Origin: Escherichia phage SkaterBoy_Bas90
Reading direction: 5' to 3' (one strand)
Length of the DNA: 64,000 nt
Sequence record: PQ850626.1
The notes under the pieces were generated by a model. That model was given only the letters and a program-made list of their open reading frames with translations, ran no database searches and was not told the origin of the DNA. A program made the translations under genes and the position numbers. This document shows, piece after piece, positions 39,473-47,616 of the stretch. Numbering within the stretch: the first letter of the stretch is position 1; the number at the start of each line of letters is the position of its first letter.

Positions 39473-39757
39473 TCAACCTCTTGGGAATGGCATCAAAAAT
39501 TCCATAGCAGATTTAATCTCATTATTGATTCGTGAATCACGATAAGAGATAAACTTACCTTTGCTATCACGTAACATCACATGGGTTCTGGCTGTTTTGT
39601 GAGGGAGCAATGTGATACTAGTTGGAATAGCATCAATCCCTACAGCGTATTTGTCAATAGTCTTACTTTCAGCCAACAGATAAGACCAAGTACGCGGTTT
39701 CTGCTCCGGGCGGTTAGGGTATGTGTCCCGAATTTGAACCATAGCTAACTTATTCAT
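39473..39757 (-). CDS. small paralog family A, copy 1
   Basis: shares '...TART.V.LR...GKFISY...E.L.PFP(R/K)G' with next gene. Confidence 0.45.
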   Translation of the reverse strand: MNKLAMVQIRDTYPNRPEQKPRTWSYLLAESKTIDKYAVGIDAIPTSITLLPHKTARTHVMLRDSKGKFISYRDSRINNEIKSAMEFLMPFPRG

Positions 39758-39758
39758 A

Positions 39759-40013
39759 TTAAACTCCTTTAGGGAATGGGATGAGATTTTCTACTGCAAC
39801 ACGGAAAGATTTTTCTACGTTCTTATTCTTATAAGAGATAAATTTTCCATCAGCTCCTCGAAGGAGTACGTTAGTGCGAGCTGTATTTGGGTTTTGTTGA
39901 ATCATAGAACGAATGATGTTCTCTGAACCTCTATGCTTATTGGTGAATTTCCAACTGATAGTTTTACCGGTACGAGTTACATCAATGATATTTACGATTT
40001 TTACAATAGACAT
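39759..40013 (-). CDS. small paralog family A, copy 2
   Basis: tandem paralog of 39473-39757. Confidence 0.45.
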   Translation of the reverse strand: MSIVKIVNIIDVTRTGKTISWKFTNKHRGSENIIRSMIQQNPNTARTNVLLRGADGKFISYKNKNVEKSFRVAVENLIPFPKGV

Positions 40014-40040
40014 ATTTATTACCTAAGAAGTTTAATTTGG

Positions 40041-40078
40041 TTTATATAAAAGAAAAGGCCACCTGATTAGGCAGCCTT
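40041..40078 (-). terminator. hairpin with G.U pairs + U tract (minus strand)
   Basis: 9-bp stem around loop, followed on minus by TTTTCTTTTATATAA. Confidence 0.4.
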
Positions 40079-40082
40079 TGTT

Positions 40083-40376
40083 CTAGAGACGAAGCCAAGT
40101 TTGATAGTCAGCTTCAGTGTAATGGTTGTTTCGAGAGTTATTTTTCATTTCCTTGAGAGTAGCTCTCAGGTCAATGTTATGCTCTCTCCTTGTTCTATTC
40201 GGGTCTGTATCTTCTAATAGATGGGAGTGATCACTACAAGAGTAGTGCTTATAGTGGTCCCTGTATCCTCTACTTGGAGAATACTTGGTCATTAAAGTTG
40301 CAACTCTTTTTACACCCTCTGCTTTACAGAATTTACAATAAGTGTGAATTGTACATCTTTTTGTTTCTGCTGACAC
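40083..40376 (-). CDS. zinc-finger hypothetical protein
   Basis: 97 aa; 'CTIHTYCKFC...CSDHSH'. Confidence 0.45.
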   Translation of the reverse strand: MSAETKRCTIHTYCKFCKAEGVKRVATLMTKYSPSRGYRDHYKHYSCSDHSHLLEDTDPNRTRREHNIDLRATLKEMKNNSRNNHYTEADYQTWLRL

Positions 40377-40386
40377 TATAACCTCT

Positions 40387-40701
40387 TTATGAGCTTAAAG
40401 CTCCTTTGCGTGCTCCAGCTGCTTTTCCAGCTCGATCACCACTTTTGCCGCCGTTTGAACGGTTTGAGCTGACTGATTCAACACGTAAGTTGCTTGACGC
40501 ATTAGAGCCTCCAGACTTGACAGCTCGTTTGTGTCCAACGTCTTTACCTCTGACAGCAGCTTTTCCATCGCGCTTTTCAACGATGCGACGTGCACGGTGG
40601 CGCTGAGCATCTCCGCTCTTGCTCCCAACGCCTGTTTCACCACGGGCAATTGCGGTACGTCTTTCTTGTGCATAATCTCTCTTTCCTACATGATCTGCCA
40701 T
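40387..40701 (-). CDS. basic Gly/Lys/Arg-rich protein (possible nucleic-acid binding); alternative frame 40395-40673 also open
   Basis: 104 aa, ATG with SD AAGGAG 7 nt upstream. Confidence 0.4.
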   Translation of the reverse strand: MADHVGKRDYAQERRTAIARGETGVGSKSGDAQRHRARRIVEKRDGKAAVRGKDVGHKRAVKSGGSNASSNLRVESVSSNRSNGGKSGDRAGKAAGARKGALSS

Positions 40702-40736
40702 TTAGAACTCCTTAATATATCAGTGTACACTAAGGA

Positions 40737-40748
40737 GTATACATTATA
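40737..40748 (-). promoter_or_regulatory. TTATAATGTATAC motif (minus sense), candidate promoter for 40701 gene
   Basis: contains TATAAT; ~35 nt upstream of ATG. Confidence 0.3.
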
Positions 40749-40757
40749 AGTTACTGT

Positions 40758-41495
40758 TTAAGCTTTCTTTTCCATTGCTTTAACAATCGCCTTACAGAAA
40801 CCAGAACGAACAATATCATCTGATTCACCATCTACAATCTCAGCAAACTCATACAGATCATGTTCATCAATAAAGTTAGTAGCCCAAGTAAGACCACTCT
40901 CACGACCACGCATATCATGCTGGTTAGTATCGCCCATGCAGAACAGCTGAGAGGTTTCTCCCAATCGAGTCATGATCGAGAAGGCTTCATCTTTAGTGGT
41001 GTTCTGGAATTCATCAACAATAACAATAGCATCATTGAAAGAACGACCACGGAGATATTCCAGAGGTACGAACTCAATGTTACTGTTACCGAGCTGGCAT
41101 TCATAGAATCCCTTACCATATCGCTGAGTAATAACATCAATGATAGGCATCAGGTAAGGTTCAAACTTCTCACGCATTCCTCCCGGAAGTAACCCAAGAG
41201 AGTTACCCATGCCGACCGAAGGACGACTCAGAATGATCTTCTGAATCTTACCGCTCTTCAGTGCATCAATAACCGTGGAAGTGATTACAAAGGTCTTACC
41301 ACAGCCCGCAGGAGCGTCTGTGAACACAACTTGTTTAGTCTTAATAGCATTGAGTAGCTCAGACTGAAACTGGTTCTGAGGGACTACAGGCTTTGCTAAA
41401 ACCACCTCTTCATACTCTCGCTTACCCTTACGAGTAACAAGTGCTTCCCGACGAAGGTCTTTCCGTGATTCTTTCCGTGATTGACGACGACTCAT
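40758..41495 (-). CDS. phoH: PhoH-like ATPase
   Basis: 245 aa; Walker A 'APAGCGKTF', Walker B 'AIVIVDEFQNT', PhoH-type layout. Confidence 0.8.
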   Translation of the reverse strand: MSRRQSRKESRKDLRREALVTRKGKREYEEVVLAKPVVPQNQFQSELLNAIKTKQVVFTDAPAGCGKTFVITSTVIDALKSGKIQKIILSRPSVGMGNSLGLLPGGMREKFEPYLMPIIDVITQRYGKGFYECQLGNSNIEFVPLEYLRGRSFNDAIVIVDEFQNTTKDEAFSIMTRLGETSQLFCMGDTNQHDMRGRESGLTWATNFIDEHDLYEFAEIVDGESDDIVRSGFCKAIVKAMEKKA

Positions 41496-41689
41496 TTACG
41501 CTCTCCAATTTCTTCGTAATGACATTCAGTAGTTAAGCAGTCTTTACAGATTGCTGTATAAACCCTGACGTTAGTAAATCGTTTGTTCTTCCCTTTGGTT
41601 GGAGAGCCTTTGGCAAGCTCTCTGATAACCTTGTTACTTAAATGAAGGTTTGTTCCTTCACATCTAGAGCACTTCACCACAATGTCCAC
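41492..41689 (-). CDS. zinc-ribbon protein
   Basis: 65 aa; CSRC...CKDC. Confidence 0.45.
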   Translation of the reverse strand: MDIVVKCSRCEGTNLHLSNKVIRELAKGSPTKGKNKRFTNVRVYTAICKDCLTTECHYEEIGERK

Positions 41690-41874
41690 TCAGTAAGAGA
41701 CCACAAGGAGTCACCTATGTGGGAATTGTCATTTCTGATGAGGTCTTTGATTTTATCAACATCAGTTAAGTTGGTCACATTCAAAATGTCCTCAACATCC
41801 GGGGCATATTTAAATATGGCAACAATACTGTTGTGATCTTCAGCGTATCTTTCTAGAACATAAACTACGCTCAT
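41674..41874 (-). CDS. hypothetical protein
   Basis: 66 aa track ORF. Confidence 0.4.
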   Translation of the reverse strand: MSVVYVLERYAEDHNSIVAIFKYAPDVEDILNVTNLTDVDKIKDLIRNDNSHIGDSLWSLTEWTLW

Positions 41875-42194
41875 GCGACGTTAACCTCTTTATGAAGTCT
41901 GTAAACAGCTGTCGCCATACAAGCAACAGCTTCGTTATGTGGGAGATGCATACCTGTAGAACCATCCCAATCTTTAAACTCGTTGTCAAAGACTCCAGTA
42001 GGTTCTGGATACAGAGATTGCAACTCAACCAAATCGTTAGCAACTTGTTGCCATTTATCATCAGACCAGATAGGGTCATCCAACCAGTAATACAAATAGG
42101 AATGGATGATCAATTGCCTTCTATGACGATTGATTACTTCAGCGGGACTTATTTCACTTCCATTTGAAGTCCTAAATGTATTACTGTCAATCAT
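41871..42194 (-). CDS. hypothetical protein
   Basis: 107 aa track ORF. Confidence 0.45.
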   Translation of the reverse strand: MIDSNTFRTSNGSEISPAEVINRHRRQLIIHSYLYYWLDDPIWSDDKWQQVANDLVELQSLYPEPTGVFDNEFKDWDGSTGMHLPHNEAVACMATAVYRLHKEVNVA

Positions 42195-42439
42195 TTCACA
42201 ACCTTAAATTTGAATGTTGTTGGGTGATAATAATGCAATCTATTGATAGTGTGTTTTGTTTCAAGATATATCCTGCAAGAGTGGCACATGACATGGGTCA
42301 GACCAGTTACAGGATTAGGTTTAAAGTTGGCGACAGTCTTCTCTTTATTACAGAAGCTACAGATTTTCTTTTCCATCTTTTCTCCAGTGGTCAACGAATT
42401 GCTGAAACACTTTACGATCAAATGTGAAATTACGAGCAA
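42191..42439 (-). CDS. zinc-finger hypothetical protein
   Basis: 82 aa; CSFC...CHSC. Confidence 0.4.
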   Translation of the reverse strand: MLVISHLIVKCFSNSLTTGEKMEKKICSFCNKEKTVANFKPNPVTGLTHVMCHSCRIYLETKHTINRLHYYHPTTFKFKVVK

Positions 42440-42590
42440 TTCCGCATTCTCTAAAAGTGGCAGGCATATAATCTACATCACCTTCAGATGTATGACCATA
42501 GACTTGAATAAGCTTCTTAATCTTATCCTTCTCTCTTCGAGGAAGCATTCTAAATGCCTCCTGAATATCTGTAATATGTTTTATCTTCAT
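42357..42590 (-). CDS. hypothetical protein (overlaps previous; one start likely internal)
   Basis: 77 aa track ORF. Confidence 0.35.
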   Translation of the reverse strand: MKIKHITDIQEAFRMLPRREKDKIKKLIQVYGHTSEGDVDYMPATFRECGIARNFTFDRKVFQQFVDHWRKDGKENL

Positions 42591-42602
42591 AAGGAATTCC
42601 TG

Positions 42603-42737
42603 CTAATCCTCTGAGTTGTGGGAACAGCAATATTCACATACTCCGCAACATGGACAAATTTCTACACTTGGGTCATATGCATCATCAACTGTCATCCCAC
42701 ACTTGGTGCAGAACACATCGTCATCTTCTTCCAACAT
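42603..42737 (-). CDS. small zinc-ribbon protein (44 aa)
   Basis: hand-translated MLEEDDDVFCTKCGMTVDDAYDPSVEICPCCGVCEYCCSHNSED; TAATG stop-start overlap, GGAGG SD. Confidence 0.35.
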   Translation of the reverse strand: MLEEDDDVFCTKCGMTVDDAYDPSVEICPCCGVCEYCCSHNSED

Positions 42738-43021
42738 TAATCCTCCAAACAAGAATCATTCATCAGTAGCTCCAAGCTATCAAGTGTGTAATAATAACCA
42801 AAGAATGGGGCTGTTGACTTGGAAACCTTTTTATCAAAAAGAGATTGAGAAACATCCTCTTCTACTCCAACATCCTCAAGCTGCGGTTTTGTAGGGTAGT
42901 CAGTGAAAGAGCAAAGTACTTCTCTGTCCTCCCCTCTGTCCGTTTCTTCGACACGACTCAGAATCCAAATACTTTTACTAGCCATTTTTAACTCTCCAAA
43001 GTTTTCTTCAGAGCTGCCCAT
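42737..43021 (-). CDS. hypothetical acidic protein
   Basis: 94 aa track ORF. Confidence 0.45.
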   Translation of the reverse strand: MGSSEENFGELKMASKSIWILSRVEETDRGEDREVLCSFTDYPTKPQLEDVGVEEDVSQSLFDKKVSKSTAPFFGYYYTLDSLELLMNDSCLED

Positions 43022-43644
43022 GAGATTGGGTAGAGTTTAGCCATCTCTTCATCCAGAGATTGAGCAAACACTCTAACTTCGTATTGAGCGTGAGAGGAGA
43101 GTCGCTGACGACACAACTCAAACCATCCATACAAAGAACCAGTCCACACCCACTCAGTGATCATCCCCTGAGGGAGTACAAATCTGGCTTGCTCTGGTGC
43201 AATAAACTCAATTAACTTGTCATATGCTGCTAGAGAAGCTTCATATGCATCGTTAATCAACATTAATGCTTCAGCTCGTTCTCCGTCGATGAGTTGAATC
43301 CCTGAACCTGCATGGAGGTCCGAAGGTCTAGCAAAAATCTCTTTAGGGATGAAGACTTCAACTGCTCCATCTTTATACCGCCGGGACATTTCGTTCCACG
43401 AGAATCCAACCTGATGCTTGCCCAACTGTCTCGCAATTGCAATAGGTGCTTTGCATCGGAAACTGACTTGCGGGTGTCGGAATGGGGTAACATGCTTCTC
43501 TCTTGCGAGGAAGTTGATGAGACGTTCATCACGTTCATTTAAATCACCTTCACGGGTTACGCCAAAGGAAACTCGAGCTGCGTTTACTACGCTACGATCA
43601 CTTCCCATAGCTTCGATTAATGTTGCTTGTAGTTGTTCATTCAT
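42988..43644 (-). CDS. thyX: ThyX-like flavin-dependent thymidylate synthase homologue (RHR motif not conserved)
   Basis: 'ARVSF', 'ERDERLINFL', 'HVTPF', 'KAPIAIARQ', 'NEMSRRY' match ThyX; canonical RHR replaced by 'GKHQ'. Confidence 0.7.
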   Translation of the reverse strand: MNEQLQATLIEAMGSDRSVVNAARVSFGVTREGDLNERDERLINFLAREKHVTPFRHPQVSFRCKAPIAIARQLGKHQVGFSWNEMSRRYKDGAVEVFIPKEIFARPSDLHAGSGIQLIDGERAEALMLINDAYEASLAAYDKLIEFIAPEQARFVLPQGMITEWVWTGSLYGWFELCRQRLSSHAQYEVRVFAQSLDEEMAKLYPISWAALKKTLES

Positions 43645-43659
43645 CCGTGAATATCCTTA

Positions 43660-43935
43660 TTACTTATTGCTCAGGGCTGTGTCCAAAAATGCTTTCAGGT
43701 TTGCTTCAGTCTGCATACCAGAGAGGCTATAGTGTGCACCACTGTTACGGTCAGGCACAACGAAAGCAGGGATACTTCGTACACCATACTTAACAGCTTG
43801 TTCACGACCATCACCTTCAAGGATGTTAATCTCTTCAACTTCTACATCAAACTCCTTAACAACCTTCTCAAAGGTAGGAGCCATTGCTTTACATGGAGCA
43901 CACTGATCACTATAAAACTTAATTACTTTAGGCAT
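43660..43935 (-). CDS. thioredoxin
   Basis: 91 aa; CxxC active site 'YSDQCAPCKAM'. Confidence 0.65.
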   Translation of the reverse strand: MPKVIKFYSDQCAPCKAMAPTFEKVVKEFDVEVEEINILEGDGREQAVKYGVRSIPAFVVPDRNSGAHYSLSGMQTEANLKAFLDTALSNK

Positions 43936-43943
43936 GTAAATCC

Positions 43944-44123
43944 TTATGCAGTCAGGAGGTGAAGCAGGAATGGGATAACAACAGCTACGATAACCATGAT
44001 AGTTGATGCTGTTTGAATCTCACCTTTCTTATCAGGAGTTTCTTCAATAAGCTTACCAGAAGCCCAATAAATACCACCACCAATAAAGATAGCCCAAATA
44101 CCCCATACGATTGCTGATAACAT
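43944..44123 (-). CDS. small two-TMD membrane protein (59 aa)
   Basis: hand-translated MLSAIVWGIWAIFIGGGIYWASGKLIEETPDKKGEIQTASTIMVIVAVVIPFLLHLLTA; stop overlaps SD of thioredoxin gene. Confidence 0.4.
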   Translation of the reverse strand: MLSAIVWGIWAIFIGGGIYWASGKLIEETPDKKGEIQTASTIMVIVAVVIPFLLHLLTA

Positions 44124-44184
44124 ATATCTATATCCTTATAAATAAGTTCGCCCCACCTCGGGTTAGGAGACAGGGCGGAGGTTT

Positions 44185-44796
44185 TTAGTAAGACACGTCA
44201 CCACTTGAATGGGACATGTTGCTCTTGACGAAGTAGCAATACTTGCCAAGACCTTCATTAATTTCTTGAAGCATACTCTGATCGACAGGGTAGGTGGCTA
44301 AATCACCATCAAACTCATCCATCTTCTCAATAATACACATCAAGGTCATGCACATATCAGAGAGCATACCGTCCATGTCTAGATCAGCGTTACCCTCTGA
44401 GAACCAAGCATGAGAGAGGTAGTTAGCTGCTGTAGCGTCCACTTTAACACAGTGGTAACGCATACGTTCAGCAATACGATCTCCTACCTGTCGTGCGTAA
44501 TCTTCCAGCTCGTCAAACATACCATGAACACCCTGAAATCCTGAACCAGAGACGTTCCAGTGGTAGTTTTTAGCTTTGATATGCAAGAGTTCCATGTTAG
44601 CTTGCAAGCAGCTCAGAATGTGTTCTAGGCTGTTTCCACTAATCATACCCTGCATTGTTTCAAGGCGAGAGATTGATAGGTCGGACCGGTCTAACATACT
44701 ATAGCTGTCACGACCAATCTCAGGTAAATCAAAGACATTCTTATGCATTTGGGTTTTCTCCATCAAGTTCAACCGAGTTAGCAACATTACGTGCAA
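44185..44796 (-). CDS. Dps/ferritin-like protein (true start probably internal)
   Basis: 'KNYHWNVSGSGFQGVHGMFDELEDYARQVGDRIAERM' matches Dps ferroxidase-site region. Confidence 0.55.
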   Translation of the reverse strand: MHVMLLTRLNLMEKTQMHKNVFDLPEIGRDSYSMLDRSDLSISRLETMQGMISGNSLEHILSCLQANMELLHIKAKNYHWNVSGSGFQGVHGMFDELEDYARQVGDRIAERMRYHCVKVDATAANYLSHAWFSEGNADLDMDGMLSDMCMTLMCIIEKMDEFDGDLATYPVDQSMLQEINEGLGKYCYFVKSNMSHSSGDVSY

Positions 44797-45070
44797 TATT
44801 ATCCATTACCTGCTGGGTAATTACGATGCAGTTCTGTGGGTCTACTGACTTAGAACGCCCCATTTCAGGGTCATACACCTTAACCCGCTTAGCAGTTGAA
44901 CCTGTAACCTGAAGAACCTTCAACAGATATCCCTGATTACCAATAGACCAAGCAACAACATCACGATTCTTGATAAAGCGACCAAGCATATCACGATGAT
45001 AAAACTGTTGCATCACCTTGGATTTTGTAATCTCTTCAGTGGGCGGGGCCACTTTACTCAAATCTAACAT
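44741..45070 (-). CDS. hypothetical protein
   Basis: 109 aa track ORF. Confidence 0.4.
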   Translation of the reverse strand: MLDLSKVAPPTEEITKSKVMQQFYHRDMLGRFIKNRDVVAWSIGNQGYLLKVLQVTGSTAKRVKVYDPEMGRSKSVDPQNCIVITQQVMDNIARNVANSVELDGENPNA

Positions 45071-45105
45071 AACTCTCTCCTGTAAAATACAAATTCTTAT
45101 TGTAC

Positions 45106-45118
45106 TCTATATACATTT
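45106..45118 (-). promoter_or_regulatory. AAATGTATATAGAG motif (minus sense) upstream of 45070 gene
   Basis: member of recurring motif family. Confidence 0.3.
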
Positions 45119-45142
45119 GAGAGTTACCATATCTACTACCAA

Positions 45143-45352
45143 TCAGTAGTAAATTACTTTAGACATAAAAGAACCAGTGTTAGGGTCTTCATACCAGCGA
45201 TGTATGTCAGCGCTTTTTACTATTGTGCCCAGAGTCTTCAACTGTTTCTTAGCAATACGAGCCTCTTTGCGAGTATCAAACAATTTGATGTTATCTTTTC
45301 TCATGTGTTGCTCAAGATCCCAAACAACATGAATAGCCCACATCTTTTTCAT
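45143..45352 (-). CDS. small paralog family B, copy 1
   Basis: 69 aa; shares 'TR..AR..KK' and C-terminal 'KV.YY' with next two genes. Confidence 0.45.
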   Translation of the reverse strand: MKKMWAIHVVWDLEQHMRKDNIKLFDTRKEARIAKKQLKTLGTIVKSADIHRWYEDPNTGSFMSKVIYY

Positions 45353-45561
45353 TAGTAATGTACCTTTCCGCTGATATAAACACGACCAGAAGAATACTCC
45401 TTGGCCTTATGGATACTGATACTATTAACCACGTCACCAGTAAGCATAGTCTTTTTAAAATCTCGAGCTTGTTGGCGAGTGGGTAGTGCAGTCATAGTCA
45501 TGCCACCTGATGCCCACTTAATCTTTGCTAACCAAAATTGTCTCATGGTGATTGGTCTCAT
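45352..45561 (-). CDS. small paralog family B, copy 2
   Basis: 69 aa tandem paralog. Confidence 0.45.
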   Translation of the reverse strand: MRPITMRQFWLAKIKWASGGMTMTALPTRQQARDFKKTMLTGDVVNSISIHKAKEYSSGRVYISGKVHY

Positions 45562-45758
45562 TAATAATAAACCTTACTGTTAACACAAAAAGCACCTTCA
45601 CTATTCACGATAGCTTTTCCTAGTGTAACCCTATTAAGTCTAAAAGTAGATTTGTATTGATTTTTGACCCTACGTGCGTGCTCTCGAGTCTTAACAAAAT
45701 CTACAGCTACTAACTCTCCAGTCGTGTTATCATGTACACGAACAATCCACTTTTTCAT
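45561..45758 (-). CDS. small paralog family B, copy 3
   Basis: 65 aa tandem paralog. Confidence 0.45.
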   Translation of the reverse strand: MKKWIVRVHDNTTGELVAVDFVKTREHARRVKNQYKSTFRLNRVTLGKAIVNSEGAFCVNSKVYY

Positions 45759-46292
45759 TTACACACCTTTAGATGCAACTACACCTTCAGAGTTATTATA
45801 ACGACCCTTCACTGCATAGGAGTGCTCCCCTGCATGAGAGTGCTCAAACATGACCATCTGACCAACACGCATACCAGCACGAACTCGTAAGCTGTGGTGC
45901 TTGGTTACGTTATGGAATTCAAATGTCAGCTTACTGCTATTAAATCCTGCATCTGCCCAACCGGCGTGAAGGTGGTTCAAACCACAACGAGCCATAGACG
46001 AACGCAGGACAAACAGACTTGAGATGTTATCTGGAAGATTAAACTCCTCCATAGAGTGAGCCAAGAAGAACTGACCCGGAGTGATAACCAAACCCTCTTC
46101 AGGAATCTTTACTTCCTTCCACTGAAGATTCTCTTTCGCATCAATATCAACGATGCCATCAGCCTGTTCTTCAACAAGGATAGTATCACCAATACGGATA
46201 TCCACACTAGCAGCGTTAACATACTTATGCTCCGCATCCAGATAGCCATTGTCAATTACATCATGCAGTTCAATACTTCCTAGTAAACTCAT
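45759..46292 (-). CDS. dCTP deaminase (dUTPase-superfamily)
   Basis: 177 aa; 'SVDIRIG', 'LRSSMARCGLNHLHAGWADAGF', 'RAGMRVGQMVMFE' match Dcd. Confidence 0.8.
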   Translation of the reverse strand: MSLLGSIELHDVIDNGYLDAEHKYVNAASVDIRIGDTILVEEQADGIVDIDAKENLQWKEVKIPEEGLVITPGQFFLAHSMEEFNLPDNISSLFVLRSSMARCGLNHLHAGWADAGFNSSKLTFEFHNVTKHHSLRVRAGMRVGQMVMFEHSHAGEHSYAVKGRYNNSEGVVASKGV

Positions 46293-46301
46293 TCTTATTC
46301 C

Positions 46302-47615
46302 TTAGTTATTTGTTTCCATGTCAAAAGAGATTCCACGACCCGCTTCATCGGCAAACCGAACTGTACGGGTTTGAGGTTCTAATACTTCAGGGTTGTTAGC
46401 AATAAAGCGATCAGCGAGACTATCTCCCAAATCTTGTTCCATACCTTCATCAGTCCAGATAACACGAGAAGGGGCGTTGATATCACCAACAGCGAAACCC
46501 TGACCAGAGAACTGACGTGCGCTAACAGTTAAGCCGTTTGGTCGACCACGAGAGGGTCTAGCCATCCATCGCTCCATAGAATCACTTGTAATACCAAGAG
46601 CTTCTTCAAAAGATGTTCTACGAGTAGGGCTTTCTCTTCGTGACTCTTGTGCTCGACGCATTGCAGGGGCTACAAACACCCCTTCAATTGCATTGTGTCG
46701 GTTAGGTTCCTCTTCTCGACCAAGCAGATCACCACCCGTGTTAGTCGTTAAATTTGTCAACCCCTCAGACCAATACGCATGAATCTGACCAGAACCGTGA
46801 AGACTAGACATAATCTGAATCTCTTCATAAGGGATTCCAAAGAATCGACTCATGTCTCGGTTAACACAATATAGAGCACTTGTTGTATCTTCAATAAGAG
46901 AAACCTGACCTAATCCATTGACTAGATGACTAACTGGCTGAGGTGTGGGAAGATATCGAGTTTGGGCCATGTATTGATGCGCAACTGCTGGAGAGGAAAA
47001 TCTCAACACTTGTGAGTTAGGCCACTTCTTGTGAACATACATGATTTCACGACTAGAGACAACCACTGGACAAGGGGAAGTCATAGCCAAATATCCGTGA
47101 GAAGTCATGAATAAGTTGTCAAGAGTCATCGCACCACGGCACATCATAGGAAAATTATCCAATACCTCTTCAATAGAAGTAGGATAATTAAACATGAATT
47201 GGATACGAACCCCATTCCACTGAAACTCAATAATATCAGTGAATGTTAATTGAGAACCCCCAGCATAGGATTCGTTTGTAGCTTCAGCAAGAAGTGATGC
47301 ATATTCAATATCTTGTGACTCTAGCCATTCCTTCACATTACTTTCAATCTCCCGTCCAAGCTCTTGCCAACGATCAGTTGGGATGAAAGTGTTTTGAGTT
47401 CTTGGTGTTTGTCCTCTGACAATAAAGATATCAATGTCATGTGGAGCTATGTTATTAAGGACAGCATCACGAACAGCCCCACCAGTAATGATGGGACAGA
47501 TACCATCTGGAATCAAGTTGTTGTTAATCAACTGTTCAATGAAGTGACGACCAACAGTGATATCAGGTTGTTGAGCAACCTTATCTTCAATTTGGTTAAT
47601 CGGGATAACAATCAT
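46302..47615 (-). CDS. Pol-beta-superfamily nucleotidyltransferase with CCA-adding/poly(A)-polymerase-like head domain
   Basis: 'ITGGAVRDAVLNN...HDIDIFIV' (GGAVRD + DxD); start set to ATG 47615 coupled to exonuclease stop (track start 47672). Confidence 0.5.
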   Translation of the reverse strand: MIVIPINQIEDKVAQQPDITVGRHFIEQLINNNLIPDGICPIITGGAVRDAVLNNIAPHDIDIFIVRGQTPRTQNTFIPTDRWQELGREIESNVKEWLESQDIEYASLLAEATNESYAGGSQLTFTDIIEFQWNGVRIQFMFNYPTSIEEVLDNFPMMCRGAMTLDNLFMTSHGYLAMTSPCPVVVSSREIMYVHKKWPNSQVLRFSSPAVAHQYMAQTRYLPTPQPVSHLVNGLGQVSLIEDTTSALYCVNRDMSRFFGIPYEEIQIMSSLHGSGQIHAYWSEGLTNLTTNTGGDLLGREEEPNRHNAIEGVFVAPAMRRAQESRRESPTRRTSFEEALGITSDSMERWMARPSRGRPNGLTVSARQFSGQGFAVGDINAPSRVIWTDEGMEQDLGDSLADRFIANNPEVLEPQTRTVRFADEAGRGISFDMETNN

Positions 47616-47616
47616 T

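Noticed and set aside
40395-40673. 92-aa coiled-coil ORF as the sole gene at this locus
   Set aside because: Not rejected outright (see finding), but the overlapping 104-aa frame has the canonical ATG and SD, so it is annotated as primary.
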